Origin: Escherichia coli
GTDB lineage: Bacteria > Pseudomonadota > Gammaproteobacteria > Enterobacterales > Enterobacteriaceae
Reading direction: 5' to 3' (one strand)
Assembly (NCBI RefSeq): GCF_041248615.1
Contig: NZ_CP158426.1
DNA: 64,000 bases
Positions 21,530 through 33,060 of the stretch are shown piece by piece. The notes beneath the pieces were generated by a model. That model was not told the DNA's origin and searched no databases. It worked only from the letters and a program-made list of their open reading frames with translations. Numbering within the stretch: position 1 is the first letter of the stretch; each line of letters begins with the position of its first letter. A program made the translations under genes and the position numbers.

Positions 21530-21992
21530 ATCGCTTCCGGGAAGCCTTTCAGGCCGTCCACGAAGGCGATAAGGATATCGTTCAGGCCGCGATTTTTCAG
21601 TTCCGTCAGTACATTCAGCCAGAACTTTGCACCTTCATTTTCGGCCAGCCACATATCCAGCAGCTCTTTCTGACCGTCGGTATTGATGCCCAGCGCGAGG
21701 AACACCGCTTTGTTAATGACACTCCCGCTGTGACGAACCTTAACCACAATACAGTCAAGATAAACAATGGGATACAGTGCATCCAACGGTCGGTTTTGCC
21801 ATTCAGAGACCTGTTCTTTAACCGCATCGGTCACTTTGGATATCAGCGTGGGCGAGACATCGGCGTCGTACATTTCTTTGAAGGCTGAGGTAATTTCGCG
21901 GGTAGTCATCCCTCTGGCATACAGCGCCAGGATCTGGTTGTCCATGCCGGTAATGCGGGTCTGATTTTTCTTCACCAGTTGTGGTTCGAAGG
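21530..21992. repeat. ~462-bp direct repeat of 121-582 (shared 3' segment of two IS256-family variants)
   Basis: Identical antisense translation and matching nucleotides; 5' parts of the two elements diverge. Confidence 0.8.
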
Positions 21993-22323
21993 AACCATCA
22001 CGATCAGGTGGAGTACGTAATTCCATCGGCCCGTCGGTAGTGGTGACGGTTTTCGTGGAATAGCCATTACGGAAGTTGGTTCCCGATTTGGTCTGATTTT
22101 TTTCATGTCCCAGATGGTGAGTCAGTTCAGCGTTGAGAGCTGCCTCAACACTTATTTTCTTGAGCAGGCGATCGAACTGACTGAGATCTTCAGGGGTTTT
22201 GAGATTTTTGGCCAGTTCGTTAGCCAGAGCCTGCAATTGTGTGTCGTCCATAATTTAGCTTTCATTTGATGTTGAATTGAACATATCAAAATCAGGCAAT
22301 TACATAAATCTATGTACAGGCTC
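21531..22323 (-). pseudogene. IS256-family element (variant), 3'-truncated at the IS200 fragment; left inverted repeat at ~22310-22323
   Basis: 263-aa transposase N-terminal part; rc of the end reads gagcctgtacatagatttatgtaattgcc. Confidence 0.75.
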
Positions 22324-23171
22324 AATGCCGGCGCTGGTATTGTAGAAATCAATCCTGCCCCTGATGTCGGAGATACTCTCGTTAACCTTCCTGATTGTAT
22401 CCTCTGCTCAGTCAATGGGTTGCCAATGGGGGCACCCTTTCCTGACTGATTCGTCATTTCATTCTTATTGTATGTTACTGGCATTACACCAGTGCTGGCA
22501 TACTTTCCTGCGTGTCTGCACCGGTTTGACAAAATTCAACAGGGATAAAATAGTGCAGGAAACTGAAGCATTACTTGCAGAGCCGGGAGACATCCGGCGT
22601 TTTATTCAACAGGCAGTGGATCACTGGCCGCATTTTCTGATTGTCCACTTCACACACAATTCGACAGAAGGAAACATCAACGGACAACAGATTCATGCAT
22701 TCTGAACTTCCTTTTATGAACGTATTACTGAACGTAATCACACTGACAGTCCATCCTCGCCGGTGGTATTACGCTGGTTGCGTGAACAACATGAAGGAAC
22801 AACAATACCTGTTGCTGCTCAGCCATGTGGTGGCATGCAGCGGCACTTTAAGCAGCACAGGGCACTTTGAACTGCTCCGGGAATCCTGGAGACTAAACTC
22901 CCTGAGAAAGAGGTAAACAGGATGAGTATGATTCACAATTGGGGTAATTTGTTCCATTGCCTCAAATGCTGGCTGTACGCCACAGACTCTGCGTGTCTGG
23001 GTTAGCCAGTATGAGCGGGATACAGGGGCGCTTCACACATAACATTCCTTCTAATTTGCATAATTAATTACACTGATAGTCACATTCAATAACTATCATA
23101 AGCTATCATCTGGCTGACTGTTATTTCGCAACAGTTATTGAGTAAATCTTTAACCTGTTAACAGAGGGTTT

Positions 23172-23696
23172 ATGAAACGTAAACTTATTGCCTTTGTGAT
23201 TCTGGCTACATCATCCTGTGGATATGCAGCCACCAAAGATGTAACAATGAATCTTGTTGATAGTGACGGAAAAGAGCGAAATATTGGTAAAATAACCATC
23301 CAGAAGACACCCTACGGGCTGCTGTTCACCCCTGATCTTCACTCCTTACCCGCCGGCATTCATGGTTTTCATGTACATGAAAACGCAAGTTGTGCTCCTG
23401 CCCTGAAAGATGGAAAAACTGTCGCTGCTTTATCTGCAGGTGGTCACTTTGACCCGGAAAAAACAGGGAAGCATCTCGGTCCATGGTCTCCTGATGGCCA
23501 CCTAGGTGATCTCCCTGCGCTTTATGTCACTCATGACGGAAAAGCAACCTACCCGGTGCTTGCGCCAAGACTATCTGAATTAAAGGAGCTCGATGGCCGT
23601 TCGCTAATGCTCCACGCAGGAGGTGATAATCATGATGACCATCCTGAACCTCTAGGTGGCGGTGGTGCAAGAATTGCCTGTGGTATCATCCCATAA
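23172..23696 (+). CDS. sodC: Periplasmic Cu,Zn superoxide dismutase
   Basis: Signal peptide; Cu/Zn-SOD motifs GFHVHE and [12 protein letters not shown]; GAGG RBS. Confidence 0.85.
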   Translation: MKRKLIAFVILATSSCGYAATKDVTMNLVDSDGKERNIGKITIQKTPYGLLFTPDLHSLPAGIHGFHVHENASCAPALKDGKTVAALSAGGHFDPEKTGKHLGPWSPDGHLGDLPALYVTHDGKATYPVLAPRLSELKELDGRSLMLHAGGDNHDDHPEPLGGGGARIACGIIP

Positions 23697-23824
23697 TCAA
23701 TCAGGTAAGGGATATCCTCCCTTACCCTTAATCTTCCCTGGCGGCATGTGCATATCTTTCAGTTACTGTGAGATACCTGTATTACGGTGTCTTTTTAGCT
23801 CACAGAAATATCAGACAGCCCGTT

Positions 23825-24050
23825 TCAGTGTTTTATTACCTTAATCTTTTTACGGCATTCTTCAGCTCTTGCGCATGCTATTTTTTCACCTGTTTCATAA
23901 CATTGCTGGCAGCCTAATCCAAATTTCATCGCCATATCATAACCTTCCCGAAAACCTCGGAACCACGCGTTACGAAGGTATTCATCATATTCCCCGTAGT
24001 CAATAATAACCATTTTATTTTCATGGGATTTTCCGGTATTCTCACTCATT
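23825..24050 (-). CDS. Hypothetical small Cys-rich protein (C-x2-C-x8-C-x5-C)
   Basis: Start MSENTGK preceded by GAGG RBS; convergent with sodC. Confidence 0.35.
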
Positions 24051-25027
24051 TTCGATACCTCAATGCTTACAACAGAAAAGTATACTTTTACGAAGTTCGC
24101 CTTTGCAGGACTATATAAAGTTATCACTGGATGCAAGAGCCGGAAATCATGTATATCAGGATCAACTTTGTAATTCAATAACATATTATCCAGTGAAAAA
24201 GTAAGTATATTTAAGCTGGGGAAGGAGAAGGGGGACTTAATTTGATATTTTCATCAATAATATTATTTTACCTCCTCCATTATTCATTCAGGCCTGGTTC
24301 CGGGCGTAATTCCGATTTCTCTGTTGAAGCGATGCATTTATATTTAAATATTCACCTGTCATTGAATTTTATTTGAAATAGGAGAAAATCTCCTCCTGTA
24401 CTACAGATAACCCGGAATGTTCCTCGAAAGAAAATTCTGGCGCAGAATTCACGCCCGGTTCTGTTCAACATCATGCAGGATAACGATACCGAAACGTTAA
24501 ACTCTGGCAATTCTCGTGTTATACACAGGCAGGAGTGATTACTACGGTAAGAATTGCTGAAAAGGGGAGAACACTGAAGGCCTTATTCGCGAAGAATAAA
24601 GGAGACATTTCATGTAAATTATTATCAGAGATAACCTTCTCCAGGCGCTTTTGTTCGCTTCCTGAATTGCTACCTGATACATATTTACGGGATGCCAGCC
24701 TGGTGACTATAACTCCGAAAAGACCGATTATTGTATTGCGTGCATCCGGCATGTTTACAATGTACGCTGGTATCTAACGGAGTCTGACACAGATGCACGC
24801 AGGTGTATATTTTAACGTAATTATCCGGAAGGAACAGTATATTTTAATGCGGGAGTTGCATGAGCGGTATACGGGAGAAACTATCAGACCATGGGAGCTA
24901 CAGAGGTGCTTAAGTCTCGTAACATTATAATCTGCTCACCTGACTGGTGCTATTCTCACCTCAACACCAATGCACAAATAGCCTGGCTTATCGTTAATAA
25001 AAGTTACTCATACCGGGAATCCAGTGA

Positions 25028-25696
<669 letters not shown>

Positions 25697-25726
25697 TGAT
25701 CCTACCCACGTAATGTGGACACGGCC

Positions 25727-28700
25727 CTAAGCGAGATTATGGTTTTCAAATTGTTCCGGGCTGAGACCGCCACAGGCACTGTGACGACGCCAGCGATTGT
25801 AATCACACTCGATATAATTAAACACCGTTGCCCGCATTATTTCCCGGCTGCTAAAGCGTTCCCCGTGGATACATTCCACCTTCAGCGAATGAAAGAAGCT
25901 TTCCACACAGGCATTGTCATAACAGTAGCCTTTCGCACTCATACTGCCACGCAGGTTGTGTCGCTTCAGCAGCGCCTGATAATCCCCTGAACAGTATTGA
26001 CCACCACGGTCCGTATGAGCAATGACGCTTTCCGGGCGTCTTCTCCGCCACAACGCCATTTGCCGTGCATCACAGGCCAGTTGTGCTGTCATTCGCGGTG
26101 ACATCGACCAGCCAATGACGGCGCGTGACCACAGGTCGATGACTACTGTGAGATACAACCAGCCCTCATCGGTACGCAGTAGAGTAAGAGGCAGGGCGTA
26201 GTCGGACTATTTCCCTGCCTCTCCTCCCCGAACCGGACATGCACCTTTCAGCGCATCCGGCTCTCCATTTAAACGCTGGCGAACGCCATTGCCACTTCTG
26301 TAAAGCGCGATGTATACGTCTTTCTGGTTTCCGTCCTCAGATAGGGATTACCTTCGGGTAGCCGCCAGCGGAACAGCTTCTTGCCTTGCCCCACCAACCG
26401 GTACAGTATTTCGCCGCTGAGCTTGCCGTGATTGGTTTTACCAAATAAAACCCACGTTTTGCTCTGACCCGGTTTCGGTGATTTACACCACCACCTCATC
26501 AGGGAAGCGATACTTGTACGGTATTTGCGGGCCAGCCAGTGAGCCAGCTTCTAGAACACGACACGGTCGATATAACTGAAGACTTTGGCCTTAAAATCAA
26601 CGAACTGATAGAACATGGCCCAGCCTTTCAGTTTTCGGTTGAGTTGTTCAGCCATATCGACTTTGCTTTCACTGTAGTTGCCTGATAACAGTGCTGTCAG
26701 CGATGCGGCGAAGTTTCTGGCTTTCTCCAGCGGGATCGTTGAGACCACTTGCATCTCGCCATAACGACTGCGTTTGCGAATGATCCTGTGCCCCAGAAAG
26801 ATAAAGCCGTCATTAACATGGGTGATTTTAGTCTTATCCATGTTCAGCCTGAGTTTCAGACTGCCTTCGAGCACACCCCGACACTCCTCCCTGATGGCTT
26901 CCGCCTGTGCTTTGGTGCCTTTGACGATGAGGACAAAATCATCGGCATAGCGGCAGTACGCCACCGCGGGTTTCCACTGCCAGTTTTCTCTGACCGCCGT
27001 ACTTCGGCCCCGTTGGATACTGTTATTCCAGTACCACCGATCTTTTCTTGCTTTCCCGCTCAGGTAGCGCTCATGCAGGTATTGATCGAACTCATTCAGC
27101 ATGATGTTCGACAATAGCGGCGATATAACACCGCCCTGTGGCACACCTTCACTGGCCGCCCGAAAGAGACCGACATCGATATGTCCCGCCTTGATGGTTT
27201 TCCACAGCAGAGTCATGAAACGTGCGTCACTGATCCTGCGGCGTACAGCCTTCATCAGCAGTCGATGATGTACGGTGTCGAAGTAACTGGACAGGTCGCC
27301 TTCAATCACCCAGCGTCCCCGGGTTTCACCGCAGTCGGTGAGCTGTAATTTCACCGTGCGGATCGAGTGGTGGACACTGCGCTCAGGCCGGAAGCCATAT
27401 GAGAGCGTATGAAAATCACTCTCCCATATCGGCTCCATCGCCATCAGCATGGCCCGCTGAACAATACGATCCCGCAACGCGGGGATACCCAGTGGTCGCA
27501 GTTTGCCATTGCTTTTAGGGATGTAAACCCGCCTGGCGGGCAAGGGCTGGTAGTGGCCTGAGAGTAATTCATCCCTGAGGATTTGCAGCTCAACAGCCAG
27601 TCTGGCCTGTAGCATTGTTTTGTTCACGCCATCAACACCGGGGGTATTCGCCCCCTTTGATGAAAGCGTGATCCGCGCCGCTTCAGCCAGCCATTCTGGT
27701 TGTGTTATCAGACGCAGCAGCCGTTGAATCCGTAGGGACGGATCGGTGGCTGCCCATGTGGCAAGCTTGCGTTGCATTTCGCTGATTATCAAAGGTCTTC
27801 ACCTCGTTAGGTCAGTTAATTTACGTCGCAGACACATTCAAACTGCTTCCCTTCGCCATGTAATGGGCTTTCCCCATCGCGGACTACTACGGAAGCTCCG
27901 CCAGCCAGCGCGTCATCGGAGCCATGCCCCCTTAACATCCGTCGCTGACCTTCCCCGGTTTGCCTGACTGGACTCAGACATACTGAGGAGGCTGCCCGTC
28001 GCACTCTTTATCCTTGCTTGCCGCAAGTTGGCAGAAGTCAGCAACGCGAGCGTGATAGACGCTGCTGCCCCGGAGTTTCGCATACATGTCAAAACACCTT
28101 CGACCGGCAGTGCTTACGTATCACTGCCAGTTCCTCCTGCACGGCCTGTCAGATCACGTAGGCCGTGGTGACGTTTTCAACCCACAGAGGCGGATTAACG
28201 GGTTCATATTCTTAAGCCTTTCAGTACTTAACCTTGAGGATCATCTCGGCTTAGTGATCTCGCCTCAATCCCCGTTGTCAGCGGGTTACATCACCCTGCG
28301 GGCATGCCGCAGGTCACTGCCGCTCAGGTTCTCCACCGTCACACCCGGTGGGATTGTTGGGTTTCTCATCGTGAGTTACCGGTTCAATATTCCAGACAGA
28401 CTCGTGGTTCATTTGAGCGTCTATGCTCGCCCTGAACTCCGGGCACACAGTACGTGATGTCACCCACCCACTTCTGGTTCGGGCCGCTGGCGCTGAAGTC
28501 CTGCTCCAGCAGATTCTCCAATACGGGCAGGCCATGTGCACGGTAGCTGGCCGGGCTGAACTTCCGGCTGGCTTTCGCCCGCAGCCCCTGACGACGCAGG
28601 CTGGCGGCAATGGTTTTAATATTGAACTCCGGCAGTTCGTCAGCAAGGCGGGGAGCACCGTATCGCTGCTTTGCCTCAAAGAATGCCTTATGGACAGCGG

Positions 28701-28851
28701 CATCGCAGGTGAGCCGAAACTGTTGGCGCAGGCTCATCTGGTGACGACGCCTGAGCCAGACATACCAGCCGCTGCGGGCAACCCGAAGTACACGACACAT
28801 CGCTTTGATGCTGAACTCTGCCCGATGATTTTCGATGAAGACATACTTCAT
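25727..28851 (-). CDS. IS3 OrfB transposase interrupted by group II intron (exon 1 28449-28851, exon 2 25727-26178)
   Basis: N-terminal part ends ...KWVGDITY at the intron 5' GTGTG; downstream part resumes ...[19 protein letters not shown]. Confidence 0.75.
26230..26263 (-). ncRNA. Group II intron domain V (GAGCCGGATGCGCTGAAAGGTGCATGTCCGGTTC)
   Basis: 34-nt hairpin with catalytic AGC triad position and GAAA tetraloop, ~50 nt upstream of the 3' splice site. Confidence 0.8.
26551..27792 (-). CDS. Group II intron reverse transcriptase/maturase
   Basis: 413-aa ORF with RT motifs including YADDFVLIV. Confidence 0.88.
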   Translation of the reverse strand: MIISEMQRKLATWAATDPSLRIQRLLRLITQPEWLAEAARITLSSKGANTPGVDGVNKTMLQARLAVELQILRDELLSGHYQPLPARRVYIPKSNGKLRPLGIPALRDRIVQRAMLMAMEPIWESDFHTLSYGFRPERSVHHSIRTVKLQLTDCGETRGRWVIEGDLSSYFDTVHHRLLMKAVRRRISDARFMTLLWKTIKAGHIDVGLFRAASEGVPQGGVISPLLSNIMLNEFDQYLHERYLSGKARKDRWYWNNSIQRGRSTAVRENWQWKPAVAYCRYADDFVLIVKGTKAQAEAIREECRGVLEGSLKLRLNMDKTKITHVNDGFIFLGHRIIRKRSRYGEMQVVSTIPLEKARNFAASLTALLSGNYSESKVDMAEQLNRKLKGWAMFYQFVDFKAKVFSYIDRVVF

Positions 28852-29147
28852 TTCAGGCGCTTCGCGAAGTATGTCGCGGCCTTTTGGAGGATGGCCAGTT
28901 CCTCAGCCTGCTCCGCCAGTTGTCGTTTAAGGCGGACATTTTCAGCGGCCAGTTCGCTTTCGCGCTCTGACGAACTCATTTGTTGCTGCTGTTTACTGCG
29001 CCAGGCATAAAGCTGAGATTCATACAGGCTGAGTTCACGGGCTGTGGCGGCCACACCGATGCGTTCAGCGAGTTTCAGGGCTTCGTTACGAAATTCAGGC
29101 GTATGTTGTTTACGGGGCTTCTTGCTGATTGATACTGGTTTTGTCAT
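28848..29147 (-). CDS. IS3 OrfA (InsE-like)
   Basis: 99-aa [23 protein letters not shown]... with leucine-zipper C-terminus. Confidence 0.85.
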   Translation of the reverse strand: MTKPVSISKKPRKQHTPEFRNEALKLAERIGVAATARELSLYESQLYAWRSKQQQQMSSSERESELAAENVRLKRQLAEQAEELAILQKAATYFAKRLK

Positions 29148-29210
29148 GAGTCACCCTGGTTAAGAGTTTACTCACTTAGTCCTGTGTCCACTATTGGTGG
29201 GTAAGATCAG

Positions 29211-29400
29211 TATGCGCTTACAGTCAAAGGTGTTCTGACATGTATGCAAAACACTGGGACATTAACGCTTATCACACTCGCGTTGCCGACCTCTGCCAAT
29301 TTGCGGCAATCAAGACAAAGAGTGCGACGGGCAGTCTCCTCCCTCAGACAGGTGTGTACGATGCGGAGACATAGTAAACACTTGTTCGGAGACATGGTTG
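29211..29400 (+). mobile_element. Group II intron remnant (older copy), continuation of domain I after the IS3 insertion
   Basis: About 85% identity to positions ~335-480 of the intact intron; ~200 nt of intron missing at the IS3 junction. Confidence 0.55.
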
Positions 29401-29439
29401 ATACTTACAACTAAGGCATCAGAACCCGTTTATGGAGCC

Positions 29440-30372
29440 GCTTATGCCCAGGGAAGCGAGAGATACCATGTCACTACGTTCTGAGTTTGTTCTGCCCGCC
29501 TTCAGCACGGTGCATAACCTGATGGCCCGCAATGGCCTTCTGCCCGGTCTGGTTGCGGCAGCCCCGGCGACGGGCCGCTTCGAACACGCCGAACCAGCTC
29601 TGGCAGATGGATTTTAAGGGGCACTTTCCCTTTGGCGGTGGACGCTGCCATCCGTTAACGCTGCTGGATGATCATTCCCGTTTTTCCCTGTGTCTGGCTC
29701 ACTGCGCCAATGAACAACGGACGACCGTGCAGCAACAGCTGGTCAGCGTATTTGAACACTACGGACTGCCGGACAGGATGCACCTGGACGGCACTGGAGT
29801 TATGGCTGATGCGTCAGGGTATCAAGGTGGGGCACTCCAGCCCGTACCATCCACAGACGCAGGGCAAGCTGGAACGTTTTCACCGCAGTCTGAAGGCGGA
29901 AGTTTTGCAGGGTAAGTGGTTTACAGATGCGGGTGAGTTGCAGCGCGCCTTCGATCACTGGCGTACAGTCTATAATCTTGAACGCCCGCATGAAGCTCTG
30001 GATATGGCTGTTCCTGCCTCACGGTATCAGCCGTCAGCGCGACAGTTCAGGAGCAATGTAGAGCCGCCGGAGTATGACGAGGGTGTGGTAGTCAGGAAGG
30101 TGGATATCAGGGGTAAACTGAGTCTGAGAGGTGTCAGTCTGAGTGCGGGCAAGGCATTCAGAAATGAACGCCTGGGGCTGAAGGAGACGCAGGAAGACGG
30201 TCAGTATGAAGTCTGGTGGTACAGTACAAAAGTGGGGGTGATCGACCTGAAAAATAAGTCGATCACCATGGCAAAGAATGTTAAAAAGTGTTCACCATGT
30301 CCCCGAACACCTGTCTACCATGTCTCCGGATCGTACACAGGTGAACCCGGGAGGGTCAGCGATGGATATTAA
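29440..30372 (+). pseudogene. IS481-family transposase (rve domain), N-terminally truncated and frameshifted
   Basis: ORFs 29532-29915 and 29668-30372; motifs NQLWQMDFKGHF and SPYHPQTQGKLERFHRSLK. Confidence 0.6.
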
Positions 30373-30394
30373 GGAAACATGGCGTTGATGACGC

Positions 30395-30640
30395 GCTAGC
30401 GAAATGCAACGCAATCTTGCCACATAGGCAGCTACCGGCACCTCCAGACGGATAGAACGGCTACTGCGTCTGATAACACAACCAGAATGGCGGCAGCCCT
30501 GCAGACAGAAAATGTGGTAAAAGCGTTCAGACAGACTCTGAGGCTGGGAAAAATGACGAGTCCCCTGATACATCATTCTGTACTGTTCAGCTTTCTATCA
30601 ATCATTTCATGAAAAAAACGGGATGACTTGTTCAATCATG
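30395..30640 (+). pseudogene. Composite debris: group II intron RT 5' fragment (30395-30490) joined to an IS3-family orfB fragment (30491-30640)
   Basis: gcgaaatgcaacgcaa...ctgcgtctgataacacaaccagaatgg matches the intact intron RT start; ...LQTENVVKAFRQTLRLGKMTSPLIHHS matches orfB of the 46470-47700 element. Confidence 0.5.
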
Positions 30641-30903
30641 CTAAATGTTTGTAAAAACACAGCAATAAATTATATTAAATTCAGCCTTAATCAATAGATT
30701 AAATAACTGTAATAAATAAGAGTATTAGTGGTTTTTTCTATGGTTTTAATTGGTGGTATCTATTGGGGCAGCGTTGACACAGGTTTGATTTTTAAGAAAA
30801 ATACAAACTAATTTTAAGTCAAAAGAGTTTCATTGTCGTTCAAAGCGTTTATTTATTATAAATCAAAATATTAATTAGTTCTTTAATTTTTGTTATATAC
30901 AAC

Positions 30904-32130
30904 ATGTCAGGAACTATACGAAAGATAATAAAAGAGGATGATGTATTTCATTCTTCTATTCGCCGTATTGAATGGTTGTTTGAAACATTCTCTTCTGTCT
31001 GTTTGTCTTTTTCCGGAGGAAAAGACTCCACTGTGCTGCTCCATCTTGCGGCTGATGTGGCTCGCAGGAAGAAACGTCGTTTCTCTGTATTATTCATTGA
31101 CTGGGAAGCTCAGTATCAGTGCACCATTGAACATGTTCAGAAGATGCGGGAAATGTACCGGGATGTGACGGATACCTTTTACTGGGTGGCACTCCCCCTG
31201 ACTACGGTAAACGGTGTCTCTCAGTTTCAGCCGGAATGGATATGCTGGGAACCAGGTGTGGAGTGGGTTCGTCAGCCACCAGATGACGCTATTACAGATA
31301 TGTCGTATTTCCCATTTTATCGGTATGCCATGACGTTTGAAGAATTTGTTCCGGCATTTTCTTCCTGGTTTGCCGGTAACCGGTGTGGAGTGGCAATACT
31401 GACTGGTGTTCGTGCTGATGAATCGCTCAATCGCTTTATGGGACTGGTGTCTCAGCGCAAACTGAGATATGCAGATGATAAACCCTGGACCACAGCGTCA
31501 CCTGAAGGGTTTTATTACACCTTGTATCCGTTGTATGACTGGAAAGCCCGTGATATATGGATATATAACGCCAGAACCCGGGCTATCTACAATCCCCTGT
31601 ATGACCTGATGTACCGTGCCGGCGTGCCGTTACGCAACATGCGGGTCTGTGAGCCTTTTGGCCCGGAACAGCGTAAGGGACTGTGGCTTTACCATGTTCT
31701 GGAGCCGGAAACCTGGGCCAGGATGTGTGAGCGGGTGTCGGGTGCTGCCAGCGGGGCGCTTTATGCCAATGAGAGCGGTGCCTATTTTGCCCTGCGTAAG
31801 CGTATCACGAAGCCACCTCATCATACCTGGCGTAGCTATGCGATGTTCCTGCTGGATGTGATGCCGGAAAGAACGGCAGAACATTACCGTAATAAAATTG
31901 CTGTCTACCTGCGCTGGTATCAGACGCGGGGCTTCCCGGATGACATCCCGGATGAACAGGAGAATGACCTGGGGAGCCGGGATATCCCGTCCTGGCGACG
32001 TATCTGTAAGACACTCATAAAGAATGATTTCTGGTGTCGGACCCTCTCCTTCAGTCCGAACAAACCCCGGCACTATGAACGTTATCTGCAGCGTATGAAA
32101 GAAAGGAGGAAGGAATGGGGGATTCTGTGA
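30904..32130 (+). CDS. ibrA: PAPS-reductase-like PP-loop ATP pyrophosphatase, IbrA/DndC-like
   Basis: PP-loop motif SGGKDS near N-terminus; 408 aa; AT-rich promoter tract upstream; coupled to the next ORF. Confidence 0.7.
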   Translation: MSGTIRKIIKEDDVFHSSIRRIEWLFETFSSVCLSFSGGKDSTVLLHLAADVARRKKRRFSVLFIDWEAQYQCTIEHVQKMREMYRDVTDTFYWVALPLTTVNGVSQFQPEWICWEPGVEWVRQPPDDAITDMSYFPFYRYAMTFEEFVPAFSSWFAGNRCGVAILTGVRADESLNRFMGLVSQRKLRYADDKPWTTASPEGFYYTLYPLYDWKARDIWIYNARTRAIYNPLYDLMYRAGVPLRNMRVCEPFGPEQRKGLWLYHVLEPETWARMCERVSGAASGALYANESGAYFALRKRITKPPHHTWRSYAMFLLDVMPERTAEHYRNKIAVYLRWYQTRGFPDDIPDEQENDLGSRDIPSWRRICKTLIKNDFWCRTLSFSPNKPRHYERYLQRMKERRKEWGIL

Positions 32131-32759
32131 CACCTGAGGTGGAAGTATTGAGCAACATGATTCGACAGTACTTCAGTCAGGAACGATCTGAAGAAGAGAC
32201 CATACGAGCCCTTAATCATCTGCGCAGGGTGTTGCATGAGGTCAGCCCTTTTGCACAGGAGCCTGTGGATTGTGTGTTGTGGGTGAAAGCGGATGAGGTG
32301 GTGGCCAACGATTACAATCCCAATGTCATGTCTTCCAGTGAAAAAAAACTGCTTAAACATTCACTGGAGCAGGATGGATTCACGCAGCCTGTGGTGGTTT
32401 CGGAAGAGAAGGAGCATTATCTGGTCGTGGATGGTTTTCATCGTCAGTTGCTGGGCAGGAAAGCGGATACGAGAAAACGTCTGAAGGGCTGGCTGCCAGT
32501 GGCCTGTATTAATCCAGAGAGAAAGGGACAGGCATCACGTATTGCCGCAACCATACGGCATAACCGTGCCAGGGGAAAACACCAGGTAACGTCAATGTCT
32601 GACATTGTCAGGGACCTCTCACGTCTGGGCTGGACAGATGAGCGTATTGGCACAGAGTTGGGCATGGACCAGGATGAAGTGCTGAGGCTGAAACAGATTA
32701 GCGGGCTGACAGAGCTGTTTCAGGAAGAGGATTTCAGCCCTGCATGGACGGTTCGTTAA
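32115..32759 (+). CDS. ibrB: ParB/Srx-fold DGQHR-like protein, IbrB/DndB-like
   Basis: DGFHR motif (VVVDGFHRQLLG); start overlaps ibrA stop by 16 nt with AGGAGGAAGG RBS. Confidence 0.7.
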   Translation: MGDSVTPEVEVLSNMIRQYFSQERSEEETIRALNHLRRVLHEVSPFAQEPVDCVLWVKADEVVANDYNPNVMSSSEKKLLKHSLEQDGFTQPVVVSEEKEHYLVVDGFHRQLLGRKADTRKRLKGWLPVACINPERKGQASRIAATIRHNRARGKHQVTSMSDIVRDLSRLGWTDERIGTELGMDQDEVLRLKQISGLTELFQEEDFSPAWTVR

Positions 32760-32761
32760 GG

Positions 32762-33060
32762 GCTATGTTCTGACGAGAGTGTAATTTAAATTTTGTAATT
32801 GCCTGTTTTTGATATGTTCCCTACACCGTGGAGACAGGCAATTGATAAACAAGAATCCAATGCTATTGCTGCCGAACTGGTAAATTGCCTTAAAACCGAA
32901 TCTGATCTTAACCTGTTTTTATACATGCTTACGAAGTGTACTGTTAAAGATGAGCTTAGCGCTGAACTCACAGAGCATCTTGGACATGAGAACACCTGAG
33001 AATAAAGGCAGCAATGCAAGTAAAGACTACTCGATTAAAACGCTGCTCATAAATGATGCC
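32762..33060 (+). pseudogene. IS256-family (variant A type) 5' fragment lacking outer terminal repeat; transposase residues ~1-60
   Basis: tgtaatttaaattttgtaattgcctgtttttgatatgttc matches the variant A leader; begins immediately after the ibrB stop. Confidence 0.6.

Larger units (their letters stand above)
26179..28448 (-). mobile_element. Group II intron (~2.27 kb) with intron-encoded RT/maturase
   Basis: 5' GTGTG, 3' ...AC, domain V hairpin, RT ORF with YADD motif; excision restores an in-frame IS3 orfB (T-Y-L-R-T). Confidence 0.85.
25697..29210 (-). mobile_element. IS3 element carrying a group II intron in orfB
   Basis: Terminal sequences tgatcctaccc (25697) and rc tgatcttaccc (29210); orfA 28848-29147; orfB split at 26178/28449. 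Confidence 0.85.

Noticed and set aside
22364-22916. Two overlapping plus-strand ORFs (113 and 91 aa) between the IS256-family fragment and sodC
   Set aside because: No RBS, no recognisable motifs, and they overlap each other in different frames; treated as non-coding or decayed sequence
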